DNA of 53,427 bases, taken from positions 100,222,201 through 100,275,627 of the forward strand of contig NC_068982.1 of the NCBI RefSeq assembly GCF_001194135.2. The letters run 5' to 3'. A program made the translations under genes and the position numbers. Origin of the DNA: Octopus bimaculoides. Its lineage: Eukaryota. Each line of letters opens with the position of its first letter. Position 1 is the first letter of the stretch. Positions 23,376 to 36,159 of this stretch are shown here, one piece after another. The notes under the pieces are model-generated. The model saw nothing but the letters and a program-made list of their open reading frames with translations. It did not search any database and was not told where the DNA came from.

Positions 23376-24125
23376 GGTTATTAGGGACAAAAGAGTATCT
23401 CACTGTGAAAAAAAAAGGACAGAGAGTAAGAAAAAGAAATGTAATGAAAGAGAAAAACACAGAAAAAGAAACAGAATATGAAATGTATGAAGAGAGACAC
23501 AGCTGGAAAAAATGGAGAAAGAGACAGAGTAACAGAGAAAGAAAGAGTAAGTGTAGGAGTCAGAAAGAGAGAGAGCTGTGTAGGCGAGGTGTTCATAAAA
23601 CAGAAGCAGTTTAAGGAGAGGGAAAGAAAAAACAAACAATAGACAAGTATCATATACCTGAAAGTTCATTCTGCTTAAAGCTTAACCAATCTCATGATAC
23701 ATATAATAAAATGCAATGTGTTTCACATTGTTCATGCTGGTAGAAGGAAACTACAATAACAAATGGAGTTGGAGTGAGTGAAAGTTTGAGATGCTAAATG
23801 CAGGCAGCTGTAGTGAGAAGTTTTACTTTCATCGTAAATAGTATTTACTTTAACAATTTCACACACATATGTATATAAATATATATGAAATTACATATTA
23901 CATTCTTATTTTCAAAATATTGTTCACATAACATACACACACACACGTGTATGTATGTGTGTGTGTGTATTTACATGCAGTTAAGTATATGTCCAGTTGT
24001 AAAGTGATCAATGGTTTTGCATTCATAGAGCACTTAGTTTTGTAGACAACTTATCAAATCTAAGATAAGATGGATGTGAAACCATTGGTCACTCTATGAC
24101 CGGACAGATATTTAACTGCATGTAA

Positions 24126-24196
<71 letters not shown>

Positions 24197-24235
24197 TAAT
24201 GAAAAGAAAATGGAAAGTCTAAACTGACATATATT

Positions 24236-24612
24236 CTTTTATTCGTGTCAGTCATTTGTCTGTGGCCATGCTGGAGCACTGTCTTTAGTCAAAAAAATTG
24301 ACCCCAGCACTTATTATTTGTAAGCCTAGTACTTATTCTATCAGTCTCTTTTGCTGAACCGCTAAGTTACAGTGGCATAAACACACCAGCATCGGTTGTT
24401 AAGAGATGTTGGGGGGACAGACACACAAACACGCACACACACACATATATATACGCCGGGCTTCTTTTAGTTTCCGTTTATCGAATCCACTCACAAGGCT
24501 TTGGTCGGCCCAAGGCTATAGTAGAAGATACTTGCCCAAGGCGCCATGCAGTGGGACTGAACCCAGAACCAATTGGTTAGTAAGCAAGCTACTAACCACA
24601 CAGCCACTTCTG
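24236..24612 (-). mobile_element. Composite SINE (same family as 22250-22645)
   Basis: Reverse-complement match to both halves. Confidence 0.85.
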
Positions 24613-24986
24613 CGCCTTAATTTATTAACATAAGATTATATTATTATTATAATATAAAAATAAATATAATTCCTACAATTGTTTCAATTCAAATCCCAAA
24701 AACAAAAACTGATATTATGCAAATATTTGAGTAAGAATCTCATCAGGGTAAACTGGATGAAAATTACGTTTGAGAAGTTTGAAATCATAAAACAGAATGA
24801 ATCAATATGAGCGTCGATAATTAAATTTTAAAAAATAAATAAAATAAAATAAAAAACCAATATAACAGTTCTAAAAATGTATGTGTATATTTAAGAATAT
24901 TAGTAAAAGAATTACATACATATATAAATATACATGCCTACATATATACATACATGCGTACATATGTATGTACATACATAATGAGT

Positions 24987-25369
24987 TGAGATAGAGAAGA
25001 GAAACTGTGTACAGTTGTGGAAATCAGCTGCCCAGTGGATGTTAACATAAAGCTGAAGACCAGTGAAAAAGAGAATACCTATGCTGAACTAATGAAAATT
25101 CTGTAGTTACACTATCCAGATTGCAAGTTCAGGTTTATACCTTTAATTATTGGGACCACACTGCCTAAATACCACTCTTGAGAAATTAGCCTTTTCAAAA
25201 CCAGAAAGAAAGCTAATTCAAAGACTACAGATCTAATCCATCACTGGAACTATAAAAATTCTGTAAAACTTTCCAGAAGTTTATCATTTAAGTATATGTG
25301 CGCATGTCTAGATATGCAAGTATATACACGAGAAGACATACAAAAAACAAAACATACAAATCTGCATGT

Positions 25370-25400
<31 letters not shown>

Positions 25401-25510
25401 CATACAAAAATACCCCATTCTTGATGTTGATATTCCATTGAAGGAACCTTGGCTCTAGGTTAGAAACCAAGACTTTCTCTATAGGCAAGAAATCTTGAAA
25501 TAAACTGAAT
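24987..25510 (+). mobile_element. R4/Dong-like RLE LINE 3' end, copy 1
   Basis: *DREEKLCTVVEISCPVDVNIKLKTSEKENTYAEL..RFIPLIIG..IQRLQI*SITGTIK, an RLE endonuclease C-terminus. The 3'UTR contains (TACA)n and ends in GAAATAAACTGAA. Confidence 0.7.
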
Positions 25511-26189
25511 AATATACATACATATATACGTGAGTGTGAAATATACAGTGGCTTCTCATCTCCTCATGATTTTATGTGACATGCAGATAATTCAACTGAG
25601 TAACACATATTCTGTTGAGTCAGCTGTTGTGCTGAAATTTCCATTAGGTTTACCAGGCATTTTGAATAATTTATACCATTTGTTATTTGGTAACCCATCT
25701 GTCTGTTCAGACTGACAATATTCTATTCATCATTTCACTTTACTTTTCTCTCCATCAGTCAGAGCAGGATATCTATTTGTAGTGACCTTTTCATACACTT
25801 TTAGACTGGAGAAATTTATGAAGTTTATGTCTGTTTGAACATCTGTATGTTGACAGCTACAGATGTAGATTTGAACAAGAAATATTGCCTTACTAATCAA
25901 TTTCACACAGTGGAACTTATCAGAAATTGTCTGCAGACAAAAAGAAAATTGAAGAAAAGTAGAGAAGTTATGAAACGATCAAGAACAGTAAAACACAGAT
26001 CTGATCAGCTGGAATTATGCAATCTTAAACTTGAATGTAAGTGTCTTAAGATACAGGTCATAAATTGTTTCTTCTCCAATCTATGGCAATGAAGGGACTC
26101 AGCAATTTCTTGGGTGATTGAACAGCCTTTTCCAAGGATAGCACTGCTCACTAGTTAATCAGGAAAGATCTAGAAAAGGTAGTCTAAGC

Positions 26190-27023
26190 CAGAAGTCTAC
26201 AACAACTAGGCCACAGACCAGTACCAAGCCATGGATCATTTGGTCCTGGACTGTACAGAAAGAATAGATTTTAAATTTTATTGACTATTGCAGTCTGCTG
26301 GGGGTGGGGGTGGTGGTGGTGGATTGCATTATGTGTGTATGACAGTTGACACCAACTCCCATTTGTCGATTACCTGTAAATTGTGAGTTCATCGTGCATG
26401 CAGACCCCAATTTCAGCCAATCAGAACTTATTTTTCATGTGATAAGTTTCAGAATGTTCTTTCAGTGAGTGCCTTAAAAACAGTCACTTTTAGCATCAAA
26501 CCCAGAGGGAATTGGGATCCCATTTCATTATGGCACCCAGTAAATTCCTCTCTCATAGCTATTTTCACAAATTTCATACTCAAACCAGCATGATTTTCCT
26601 AATAGCTGATTTCTCAGCTTTATACCAACTCAGAGATTGATGAAGGAATCAACACAGCAAAACGTTTTTGCAGTGATGTGAAAAATCAGGTTAATCATTA
26701 ATTATCTGCAAAGACTTTTAGCACCTGTTAAACACAACATTCATAAAAGATTGACGCTGTCTGTGTTTTTATGAAGCCTTATAAAAATAACATAGCAATA
26801 AATGTTTATGAATCAACACCAAATCTTTGTCATAATAAACACTACAAATTGGTGACCCCTTCTCCATACAACAGCCACATATGTATTATATATGAAATAA
26901 TTGATTGATATATTACACACTTTATGCACCTCATTGTATTTTTATGTGTGAGATACCCTGGTCCGTGGAAAACTTGTTTTGTATGAAACCAGTCCATGAT
27001 GCATAAAAAGTTGGAGACTGCTG
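26190..27023 (+). mobile_element. Internally deleted hAT (Charlie/MER1-like) DNA element
   Basis: Termini CAGAAGTCTACAAC..GGCCACAGACCAGTACC and GGTCCGTGGAAAA..GAAACCAGTCC..AAAAAGTTGGAGACTGCTG. Flanking 8-mers GTCTAAGC / GGCTAAAC match at 6 of 8 positions. Confidence 0.7.
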
Positions 27024-27875
27024 GGCTAAACAAAACTTAGCTAATTTTAGAACTGGCCAGCATCCCTGTGGCTAGCAATTGTCCTCTCTTTGTGAATGTC
27101 TGTGATAACATTCAAGCAATTTACATTGTACTCAGGCACATGTTGGCTTGCACAATATCTATATATATATATATAGTTAAGATCCTGAATACAAAAAAAA
27201 AAGGTCGTGGTTTGCTTCAGCAAAATTTAATCCATAAAAGTTCATAAATAGGCACAAGCATGGCTGTGTGGTAAGAAGCTTCCTTCCTAACCACATCCCA
27301 GAACAGCTATTGAATTTGAGGGTAAGTTGTGGACAAGGAGTGATAACTCTGATAGCTTCGATATAACCATGGGATTGAGTGATCCCACACAGGTCACTAA
27401 TCATGTGGGTATATATTTTCTACATTGCCTAAGAAATAGTTTTCCAAAATTACAAAGTGGTCTGTATAGGAATGATGTTTTATTTATAATCCCAAATAAT
27501 AGTAAGAAATTGAAAGGATTAGAAATAAACTCGAGAAATTCTTTAAGAATTATAACCACGGTTTAACATTTGAATACAAAGCCTATAATGTCCTAGACGT
27601 GACCATGGACCTTAAATTGGGTCTATATTACCCTTATAGAAAACCTTCTGAAGTTACCACTCATATAAACTGTTTACCTAATCATCCCTCTTGCATAATA
27701 AAGACTGTAGTAACAGGGGTTTCAACTAGCAGTTTGCAACTGTCTGCTAGTCAAGCAATATCTAATGCTCACTACTATAACTCTGCATTGTCTAGAGCTG
27801 GTTGCAAGCAATGTATAGAATTTTCCGCAGAGACTGATACAACTATCAGCTGCATTAAGGCTATGGATACTAATA

Positions 27876-28790
27876 TCTATACTATAAATTGCAGTGTTCT
27901 TGATTGATTGATTGATTGATTGATTGAGTGTCGGCAGATTCACTCGAGAACGGTGCAGTGGAATCGCGTGAAATTCAGCACAGAGCGGCAGCATGGTCCA
28001 CTCATGTTCAGGAGATTTTTATTGCCCTCCAACTCCCATGGTTACCGAGATAATCGATTATTACTTTTTAAGATAGGAATATCCCATTCAAAGTGGGGAA
28101 GGGCAATTTTGTTGCCTTTCCCATGCGCGAAATTTTACGAAAAACCAGCTCAATAAAGATTATTTTTTTCCAAGTAATGTGGCTGGGTTTNNNNNNNNNN
28201 NNNNNNNNNNNNNNNNNNNNNNNNNNNNNNNNNNNNNNNNNNNNNNNNNNNNNNNNNNNNNNNNNNNNNNNNNNNNNNNNNNNNNNNNNNNNNNNNNNNN
28301 NNNNNNNNNNNNNNNNNNNNNNNNNNNNNNNNNNNNNNNNNNNNNNNNNNNNNNNNNNNNNNNNNNNNNNNNNNNNNNNNNNNNNNNNNNNNNNNNNNNN
28401 NNNNNNNNNNACTTGAAAAGAATGCATGTGAGAATGCCGTTATAATGAATGCTCATTTAAATGTATTTTGCATGGAGTTGATGTACTTTTTAACAGGAGA
28501 GGAGTGCCTGCAGGCTGGTTCTTCTCAAGTTTATGAATTTTCAGGTTCAATGTGTTTCAAATAAGTACTGACAATTGAAGGTGATTGCAAAGACAAAGAA
28601 CTACCTGTTTTTTTTAAACAATTTTAACAGTGAGAACATTGGACAAAATATGTTATTGACATTAATAGTTTGTACCTCAGCTAATTACTGTTGAGAACTG
28701 CATAATCCATGTGTCATGTTAGAGATCTAAAAGGCATTTTCGAATTTCATTATTTTCTTTAATCCAGGCAACGCTGGATATTTCTGCTAG
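27876..28790 (+). mobile_element. Non-autonomous Helitron inserted in the Penelope element
   Basis: 5' A|TCTATACTATAAA, internal (TGAT)n, 3' hairpin ATCCAG-GCAACG-CTGGAT then ATTTCTG-CTAG|T. No TSD, A|T target. Confidence 0.8.
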
Positions 28791-29699
28791 TTCATAATAA
28801 CTTGCATCCTACTAGAGGTTATAGTGAAATTGGTAGTAAAAATTAAAATAAATATAAGAGTTAGATTAGGAAGTATAATTCTAATATCCTCATTAGTGGA
28901 CTGATATATGGTAGTGATAGCAGTAATAACAGTGTTGATGACAAGGATACAAATAGTGAATCACAAGCTATGTACAGTGGTGGAATTTCGATAACCACAA
29001 CAGATAATGGAAGAAATAGGCTAGGAACTCATTATTGTTAGAATGACTCCACTGATTCTTGTTGCAGTCAATCTAATAGCAACATATGATCCATCAAAAT
29101 AAAATTATAAAGTTAGACACCATAGGGCGGGAAAAGGAGACAGATTACATAATAATGGCATAATTTGGTACAACCCTCCTTGGAATTAAGCAACTGCTAC
29201 TGATCTTGCTGAAAATAGGTTTAGCATGTTAGAAAAGACCCTCCTCCTCATCATTTAATAAGTACAACCAGACATCTTCTACTCTTCTTAACCTTGGGAC
29301 TATTATAGCAGGCTTCAATCGATAGATTATTAATTTAGCCTGATATTATGATCAGAATGTAATAGATAGAAATATGAATGTTAGGCAACTTGTAGCTACA
29401 ACTAATACAGTTCTGAACTGTACTGGGCAAAATAATGAAAATGGGAACGCAAGCAGTAACACATTTAAGGTTAATGCCATGAACAGTAATGGTAGTAATG
29501 GGCAATAATATTAATTTTTACAATAAGAGGCAGTGTATCAACAGCAGTGTTATTTCGATAAATAATAGCAATAATAGCTTATACCAATGTCATTTTAATG
29601 ATTGTAGTAATAATGATAGTGGGTGTAAAGATATGTGTAATGTGAGGTGTTGTTATAATCAAATAAAAAAATCATAGTACTAGTAATAGTAATAACATC

Positions 29700-29986
29700 A
29701 TCGTCATCAAGAAGAAGAAGAAGAAGAAGACGACGAAGAAGAAGACGAAGAAGACGACGAAGAAGATGAAGAAGAAGACGAAGAAGAAGAAGAAAAAGAA
29801 GACGAAGAAGAAGAAGACGAAGAAGACGAAGAAGAAGACGAAGAAGACGAAGAAGACGAAGAAGAAGACGAAGAAGAAGAAAAAGAAGACGAAGAAGAAG
29901 ACGAAGAAGGAGACGAAGAATAATAATAATAATAATAAGAAGAAGAAGAAGAAGAAGAACAACAACAACAACAACAACAACAACAA
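29700..29986. repeat. Compound trinucleotide microsatellite (GAA/GAC)n-(TAA)n-(GAA)n-(CAA)n
   Basis: Direct reading. Confidence 0.95.
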
Positions 29987-31055
29987 ATAATATAAGTGCT
30001 TGTACAGAGCAACATTCTTGTGTCAGTATTGCCAAAAATCATCATTATGGGATGTTAGACTGTGTACCTAAAAAATGTAGTAGGAATTCAGTTAATACAC
30101 ACTTGATTGCTCACGCAAATAGCTGCCCATTGCCTGCTGATAAGGTCAGCAATATATGGTTCCCTATTGTTGATATAAATAGCCCTAATCCTGCCAGTGT
30201 ACGTAGCACCAGGTGATTGGAGGCTGGGAAAATAAGTATTGATAATGTAAATATTACAATTACTGATGCACTGATGGATAACTAAGGGTTTTGATGTAAT
30301 TGAATTTAATGCAACCAATTAAAATGTGACAGCCCTACTAATGTTAGCAATTATAATAACATTAGCCATTGTAGTAATGTTATTTGAGTCATCTTATTAG
30401 TTTTACTGCTTCAACTAGCTTATATAATAATTGTGATAATAATTACCTTGTTACTCCTAGAACGTGCAAGTGTCATAACATAAATGCTTGTCCGGTTAAT
30501 AATACCTGTTTAGGTAGTAATACAGCTTACAAGTGTGATATCATTACTGATGCTAAAACCTTAACTTATATAGGCGCAACGTGTCACAACTTCAAATTCA
30601 GATTGAGTAATCACCTTTCATCATTTTGATATCACAATAAAGCTTGAATGACAGCCCTAACAGAAAAGGTGTGGCAATTAATGGATAATAATACTCAGTT
30701 TGAAATTGCCTGAAGTATAGTTAGGAAGCATTGCCATATTTCAATAACAGGTATAGCTGTATGCTGTACATGAAATATTAAAATATCTAGTTAACCTGCT
30801 GAATAAGATATGTGAATTTTGCATTATGGTAAAAAGACATTCACTTACTTCGAACCTGTTATGTAATGTCTACAGATACCAAACTGTCTATTTCTAACAG
30901 AGATTAATTCAGTTAGTTCTGCAATCCTCTAACCCGTATTGAACCTAAGTTACTATTAGTGTTATACTGTTATATGTGCTCTTGGTATGATTGCATTACA
31001 TAATATAATTATGATATAATTTACGACCTCATTCTGGACATAACCTCCCTCTCTC

Positions 31056-33275
31056 ATGAAGACATGGAAAGCCCCCGGCCCATCAGGAATCACTACAGAG
31101 ATGCTTAAAATATCTGGCGGTGTCAGCTATAGCCTAGTCACTCGTATAGTTAACCAGATGATACATAAAGGAGTCATACCCAATGACTGGTGTAGCAGCA
31201 CCATAGTCAACTGCTACAAAGGTAAAGGTGATGTTTTAGACACAAATAATTACAGAGGTATCAAGTTGTTGGATCAGGTAGTGGAGGTCACGGAGAGGGT
31301 TATAGCCCAACTAATTAGAGAGAGAGTCAGTCTAGATGAGCTGCAGTTTAGGTTCGTGCCCAGGGAAAACACCACCGATGCTATATTTCTGGTAAGACAG
31401 CTGCAGGAGAAATACCTAGCCAAAGATAAACCTCTGTACCTGGCTTTTGTTGACATGGAGAAAGCTTTTGACAGGGTCCCCTGATTCCTTATCTGGTGGT
31501 CAATGAGGAAACTAGGGATAGATGAATGGTTAGTGAGAGCTGTGCAAGCCATGTACAGGGATGTTGTCAGTAAGGTGAGTGTTGGCAATGACTACAGTGA
31601 AGAATTCCGGGTAGGGGTAGGGGTCTACCAAGGATCAATCCTCAGCCCCCTCTTATTCATCATAGTCCTCCAGGCAATAACAATGGAATTCAAGACAGGA
31701 TGCCCCTGGGAGCTCCTCTATGCTGATGATCTTGCTCTAATTGCTGAGTCACTACCAGAACTAGAGGAAAAGTTTCAGGTGTGGAAGCAAAGATTAGAAT
31801 CAAAGGGCCTTAGAGTCAACCTAGCTAAAACCAAAGTCTTAATAAGTAAGAAGGCAGACAAACCACAAATCTCTTCAGGTAGATGGCCCTGCTCAATCTG
31901 TAGAAAAGGCGTAGGTAGAAATTCCACAAGATGTACCCAGTGTAAGCTATGGACACATAAGAGGTGCGGGAATATCAAAGGAAGGCTAACTGGGAAGATA
32001 GTTTTTGTATGTGGCAAATGCTCAGGTGCTATAAACACTGAAAATGTGCAGAGAACAGCTTNNNNNNNNNNGCAAATGCTCAGGTGCTATAAACACTGAA
32101 AATGTGCAGAGAACAGCTTCTGTCACATTCCAGGGAGAAAAACTAGAAGTAGTTGATAGCTTTCATTATCTAGGGGACCAAGTCAGTAGTGGAGGTGGAT
32201 GCTCTGAAAGTGTAGCTGGTAGAATAAGAACAGCCTGGGTAAAGTTCAGAGTGCTCCTACCTCTGCTGGGGACAAAGGACCTCTCGCTCAGAGTAAAAGG
32301 TAGACTGTCTGGCACATGTGTATGAACAGCCATGCTACATGGCAGTGGAACATGGACCGTGACTGCTGAGGACATGCGTAAGCTTGCAAGGAATGAAGCC
32401 AGTATGCTCCATTGGATGTTTAATGTCATTCATACACGACGGAGTGTAAGCGCCCTGAGAGAAAAGTTGGATTTAAGAAGCATCAGAATTGGTGTGCAAG
32501 AGAGACTGCGCTAGTATGGTCATTTAGCGAGAATGAATGAGGACAGCTGTGTGAAAAAGTGTCATACCTTAGCAGTTGAGGGAACCTGTGGAAGAGGTAG
32601 ACTCAGGAAGATTTGGGATGAGGTGGTGAAGCACAACCTTCGAACACTGGGACTTACCAAGGCAATGACTAGTGAGCAAGACCTTTGGAGATATGCTGTG
32701 CTAGAGAAGACCTGACAGTGGGTGTAACCCCTTATTCATTGGACAATAAACTTGCTTGCAAAAACCTGTTGAAGAAAGTGAAATCAAAATCAAAATTGCT
32801 GACAGACCCGCCTGATTGGTACTTGTGCCAGTGGAACATTAAAAGCACCATCCAAGCGTGATCGTTGCCAGGGCTACTGATCGGTTGCCGTGCAGGTTGC
32901 ATGTAAAAAGCACCATTCGAGCATGATCATTGCCAGCGTTGCCTTACTGCCACATGTCCCAGTGGCACGTGAAAAACAACATTCGAGCAAGGTCGTTGCC
33001 AGTGCTGCTGGACTGGCTCCCGTGCAGGTAGCACATAAAAAACACATTCTGAGCTTGGTCGCTGCCGGAACCGCCTGACTTGCCCTCGTACCAGTGGTAC
33101 ATAAAAGTACCCATTACACTTTCGGAGTGGTTGGTATTAGGAAGGGCATCCGGCTGTAGAAACTTTGTCAGATCAAATTAGAGCCTTGTGCAGCCTTCTG
33201 GCTTACCAGTCATCAGTCAAACTGTCCAATCCATGCCAGCATGGAAAACAGACGTTAAACAACGATGATGATGAT
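31056..33275 (+). mobile_element. 5'-truncated RTE LINE: RT domain (YADD), PHD-like finger, 3'UTR array, (GAT)n tail
   Basis: KAPGPSGI, NYRGIKLL, AFVDMEKAFDRVP, GVYQGSILSPLLF and LLYADDL (31719-31730). The frame is broken by point stops (31482, 32323, 32512) and a 10-N gap. Confidence 0.95.
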
Positions 33276-33781
33276 TTTGTTATCTATATGGTTATTTATA
33301 TTACCATCTATTGTTTCCTAACTGGGTACTTGATTCTCATATTCCAATTCTGTATCAGCTTTTAATTCATCTACTATGTTATATATTCTATTTATTTATT
33401 TTATTAATATTCTTATTGTTTTATATTTGTATTCTTTTTTATATTCTTCTGTATTGTAAATTCTTATATTTTTGTATATTATCATTTACATTTATGACGT
33501 ATTTTCTTTCCCTGAATACTTTCTAAATTATATTGTTTTATGAATCATTAAGATGTGTTAAAGGATTTCATTTTCTTCTTATATATATATGTGAAACCCA
33601 CCGCCTAAGCAATTTTCTAGACATTCTACTGAAACCCTTGCTGAAATACATAAAAAGTTTCATTAGAGATGATCTAGATATGCTTGAGCACCTACTTTAA
33701 AACAACTAATGAACAAACATTATTGGTTTCCTTCAATGTTATTAATTTTTTCGACATTCTGCCAAGCACATGAAATTACTA

Positions 33782-34631
33782 TAGGGAAGTGGGGCAAAAT
33801 GAGTAATTTCCGATTTCTTGTTATTTCTTTCCTACCTGTTTGAAACTATTACATTGCACGTATTGCATCTCCATTTTGTACCATTGCGTCATGTTTGGGA
33901 GTAGAAATTGGTCAGTATAGTTGTTATTGAAGTTGAGAGAGTTTGAAACTTAAGTGACAGGTACTCTTTTTCTTTTCAAGAAATTTTTCCTCAATTTTTA
34001 CCTCATTATAATTGAGGCAGCTAACAAAATATCTGGATAATTTTAGGTGTTTAACTATCAATATTCTTGCCTTTGTAGGATTCCACGTCACCCCCCCCCC
34101 CCCACTAATATCTAAGTTGATAATTTTTAAGTTTCAAAAACAATTATCTAAATCGGGGCAAAATGAGTAATGACTAACTCCAATAATTTTTTCTTTTTAA
34201 CTGTACAGTGCAAGACGCTACAGAGAATAGTTTATGTTGAATTTTTAGATTTAGTTGAGATTTGTTAATTACATATCACGTGCTATTTTTCCATGATCCT
34301 GTTTCATTTGACCAAAATATTAAAATTTTTTGTTGCATTTCTAATGTTTGAGGATGAATATTTATGTGTATCAGTCTTTTTTTCAAACGTAATGAATTGA
34401 AGAAGCAAATTTGCTTTATCTTGTCTTACTCATTTTGCCCCATCAAATTTTATATGCTCAAAGAGAATGATGATAATTTTCTGAAACAATGATCTGAATG
34501 TTATAGCGTTTTTATTACATTTAGAGGTCTTTGCTTAGCTGATATAATTTTTGTAAGGTAGTGAACATTTGTAAATTTTTTTTCAGAGTCAAAATTGCAG
34601 TAAATATTACTCATTATGCCCCATCTACCCC
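33782..34631. mobile_element. MITE family D with nested inverted GGGGCAAAATGAGTAA motifs
   Basis: The motif is direct at 33791 and 34155 and inverted at 34426 and 34607 (one mismatch). Confidence 0.7.
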
Positions 34632-36159
34632 TCCCTACTGGAAACTGGGAAAGCAGACTTTTGGAATAGCGGTCCCATATAAGTTTGAATTTTCCTTTTT
34701 GTCAGGATATTTCTCCTTTTTTTTTTTTAAAGCATTGCAAAACAATGAAGGGAAGCCTTTTTAAAATAATTTTTTTAATCCATGTCTTTTAAACGTTGGT
34801 ATCTTTACCCACCCACCCACACACACCCATCATGCCTTTGGAACAGCAACAACCACTAAAAGGATTTTCTTTATTGTAATTTTCTGTCTTTTTAATCGTA
34901 TACCACATTCTGAAATTTATAAAATGCATTAAAAGTTAAAAAATCTTACCTCCTCTTCCCTCCATTGTATTTTTAACAACGAAGAGAAAATCCAAACACT
35001 GCAAGTGGATGTGTAAAAAAGGAAATTTGAATTTTGAAAGGTGTATCTATAAATCGACATTTTTAGTCTTTTATTTAAACTTTCTCTGCTAACTATTCAC
35101 ATTCAATTACATGAGATAGGTTTTGAGATTTAAATTTGGTAATTTTCCGAGATTTTAATTCTTGTGTATGAGGGGCCCACCGAAGTTGAAGTGCCTTGTT
35201 CATCCCCACCCATGGTTTAAATTCGGTCTTATGTGCTTGTTGATTTTCTTGATCTATACAATACTATAGTCGATTAAATACGAACCGATTGATGTGCAGA
35301 ATTAACACATCAACATATTACGACACACTTGCTCATCTGAAATGTGCGGAAGCAAATTATGGATTATAAATTATGTATTAAAATATATATATAATTCTCC
35401 ACTCTTCTTTACGCTTTATACTATACTCTGAGATGTACAAAAGTGAACTTTGGATTTTCTAATCGAATAGGCACAAGTCTAATCGTATGGCTCACTGGTT
35501 ATATAACGATTACCAATCATCGATCTAGTAGGCTAAGCTGTGTTGCTACAAAGTCCTCAAAAAAGTATCACCTGGTTTTTACTATCCCTATTCCTTTGCA
35601 TATACGCACATACATATGAGTATGCATATGTATACAAGTGATGAACTTCTTGATAGTCTTCGTCTACCAAATTTTACAGAACTATTAGTAACCTTCGTTT
35701 GATGTCCCGATTTATACCTGAATTCATAAACACACACATACGTTATAATGGTCCCACGCACTGCTTCTGCCTAGCAAATTTAACTGCGGAAGCTATGCTG
35801 CAGGACACTGAAGTTTTCACATCGTACGATCGATACCAGATCCAATCTGTTGCACAGCAAATTACTTAACTATACAGCTAAGCTTGCGCTCGAAAATACT
35901 GAAATATTAATCTTCCAATAATATTGTTTCACCTCACTGCATATTTATTTACAGTTAGCTTCTTTCATTAAGTGCTAAATTTTTTAATTATTTGTTTTTC
36001 ATTTGACTGGCGTTTCTGAAAAATTATGGGTTTGTAGTGACGCCAGGTTAATGTCGCAAATTTGACAGTTTTATAGCACTTCTAGGCAATTGTTTTGGTT
36101 TAAAACTAGAAGAATCTTCTTTAGGAAAATTCAGCATAACTCTTACTCTAAGCATAATG

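Larger units (their letters stand above)
27330..30850 (+). mobile_element. Decayed Penelope-like element (RT, long Asn-rich linkers, GIY-YIG endonuclease)
   Basis: FDITMG, GLYRND, TMDLKLGLYYPYRKP, NHPSCIIK (27330-27710); IIWYNPPW (about 29160); CKCHNINACPVNNTCLG..TAYKC..TYIGAT..FKFRLSNHLSSF (30465-30630). Confidence 0.85.

Noticed and set aside
23261-23669. Arg/Glu/Lys-rich or Leu/Ser/Phe-rich ORFs
   Set aside because: Derived from the (GA)n tract and purine-rich low-complexity flank.
25835-26092. 85-aa Lys/Arg-rich ORF as a host exon
   Set aside because: No recognisable domain, non-ATG start and no convincing splice pair.
29595-30045. Poly-Ser, poly-Phe and poly-Leu minus-strand ORFs
   Set aside because: Antisense readings of the trinucleotide microsatellite.
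32014-32119. 48-bp duplication inside the RTE ORF around a 10-N gap
   Set aside because: Same assembly artefact; the apparent frameshift here is not biological evidence.
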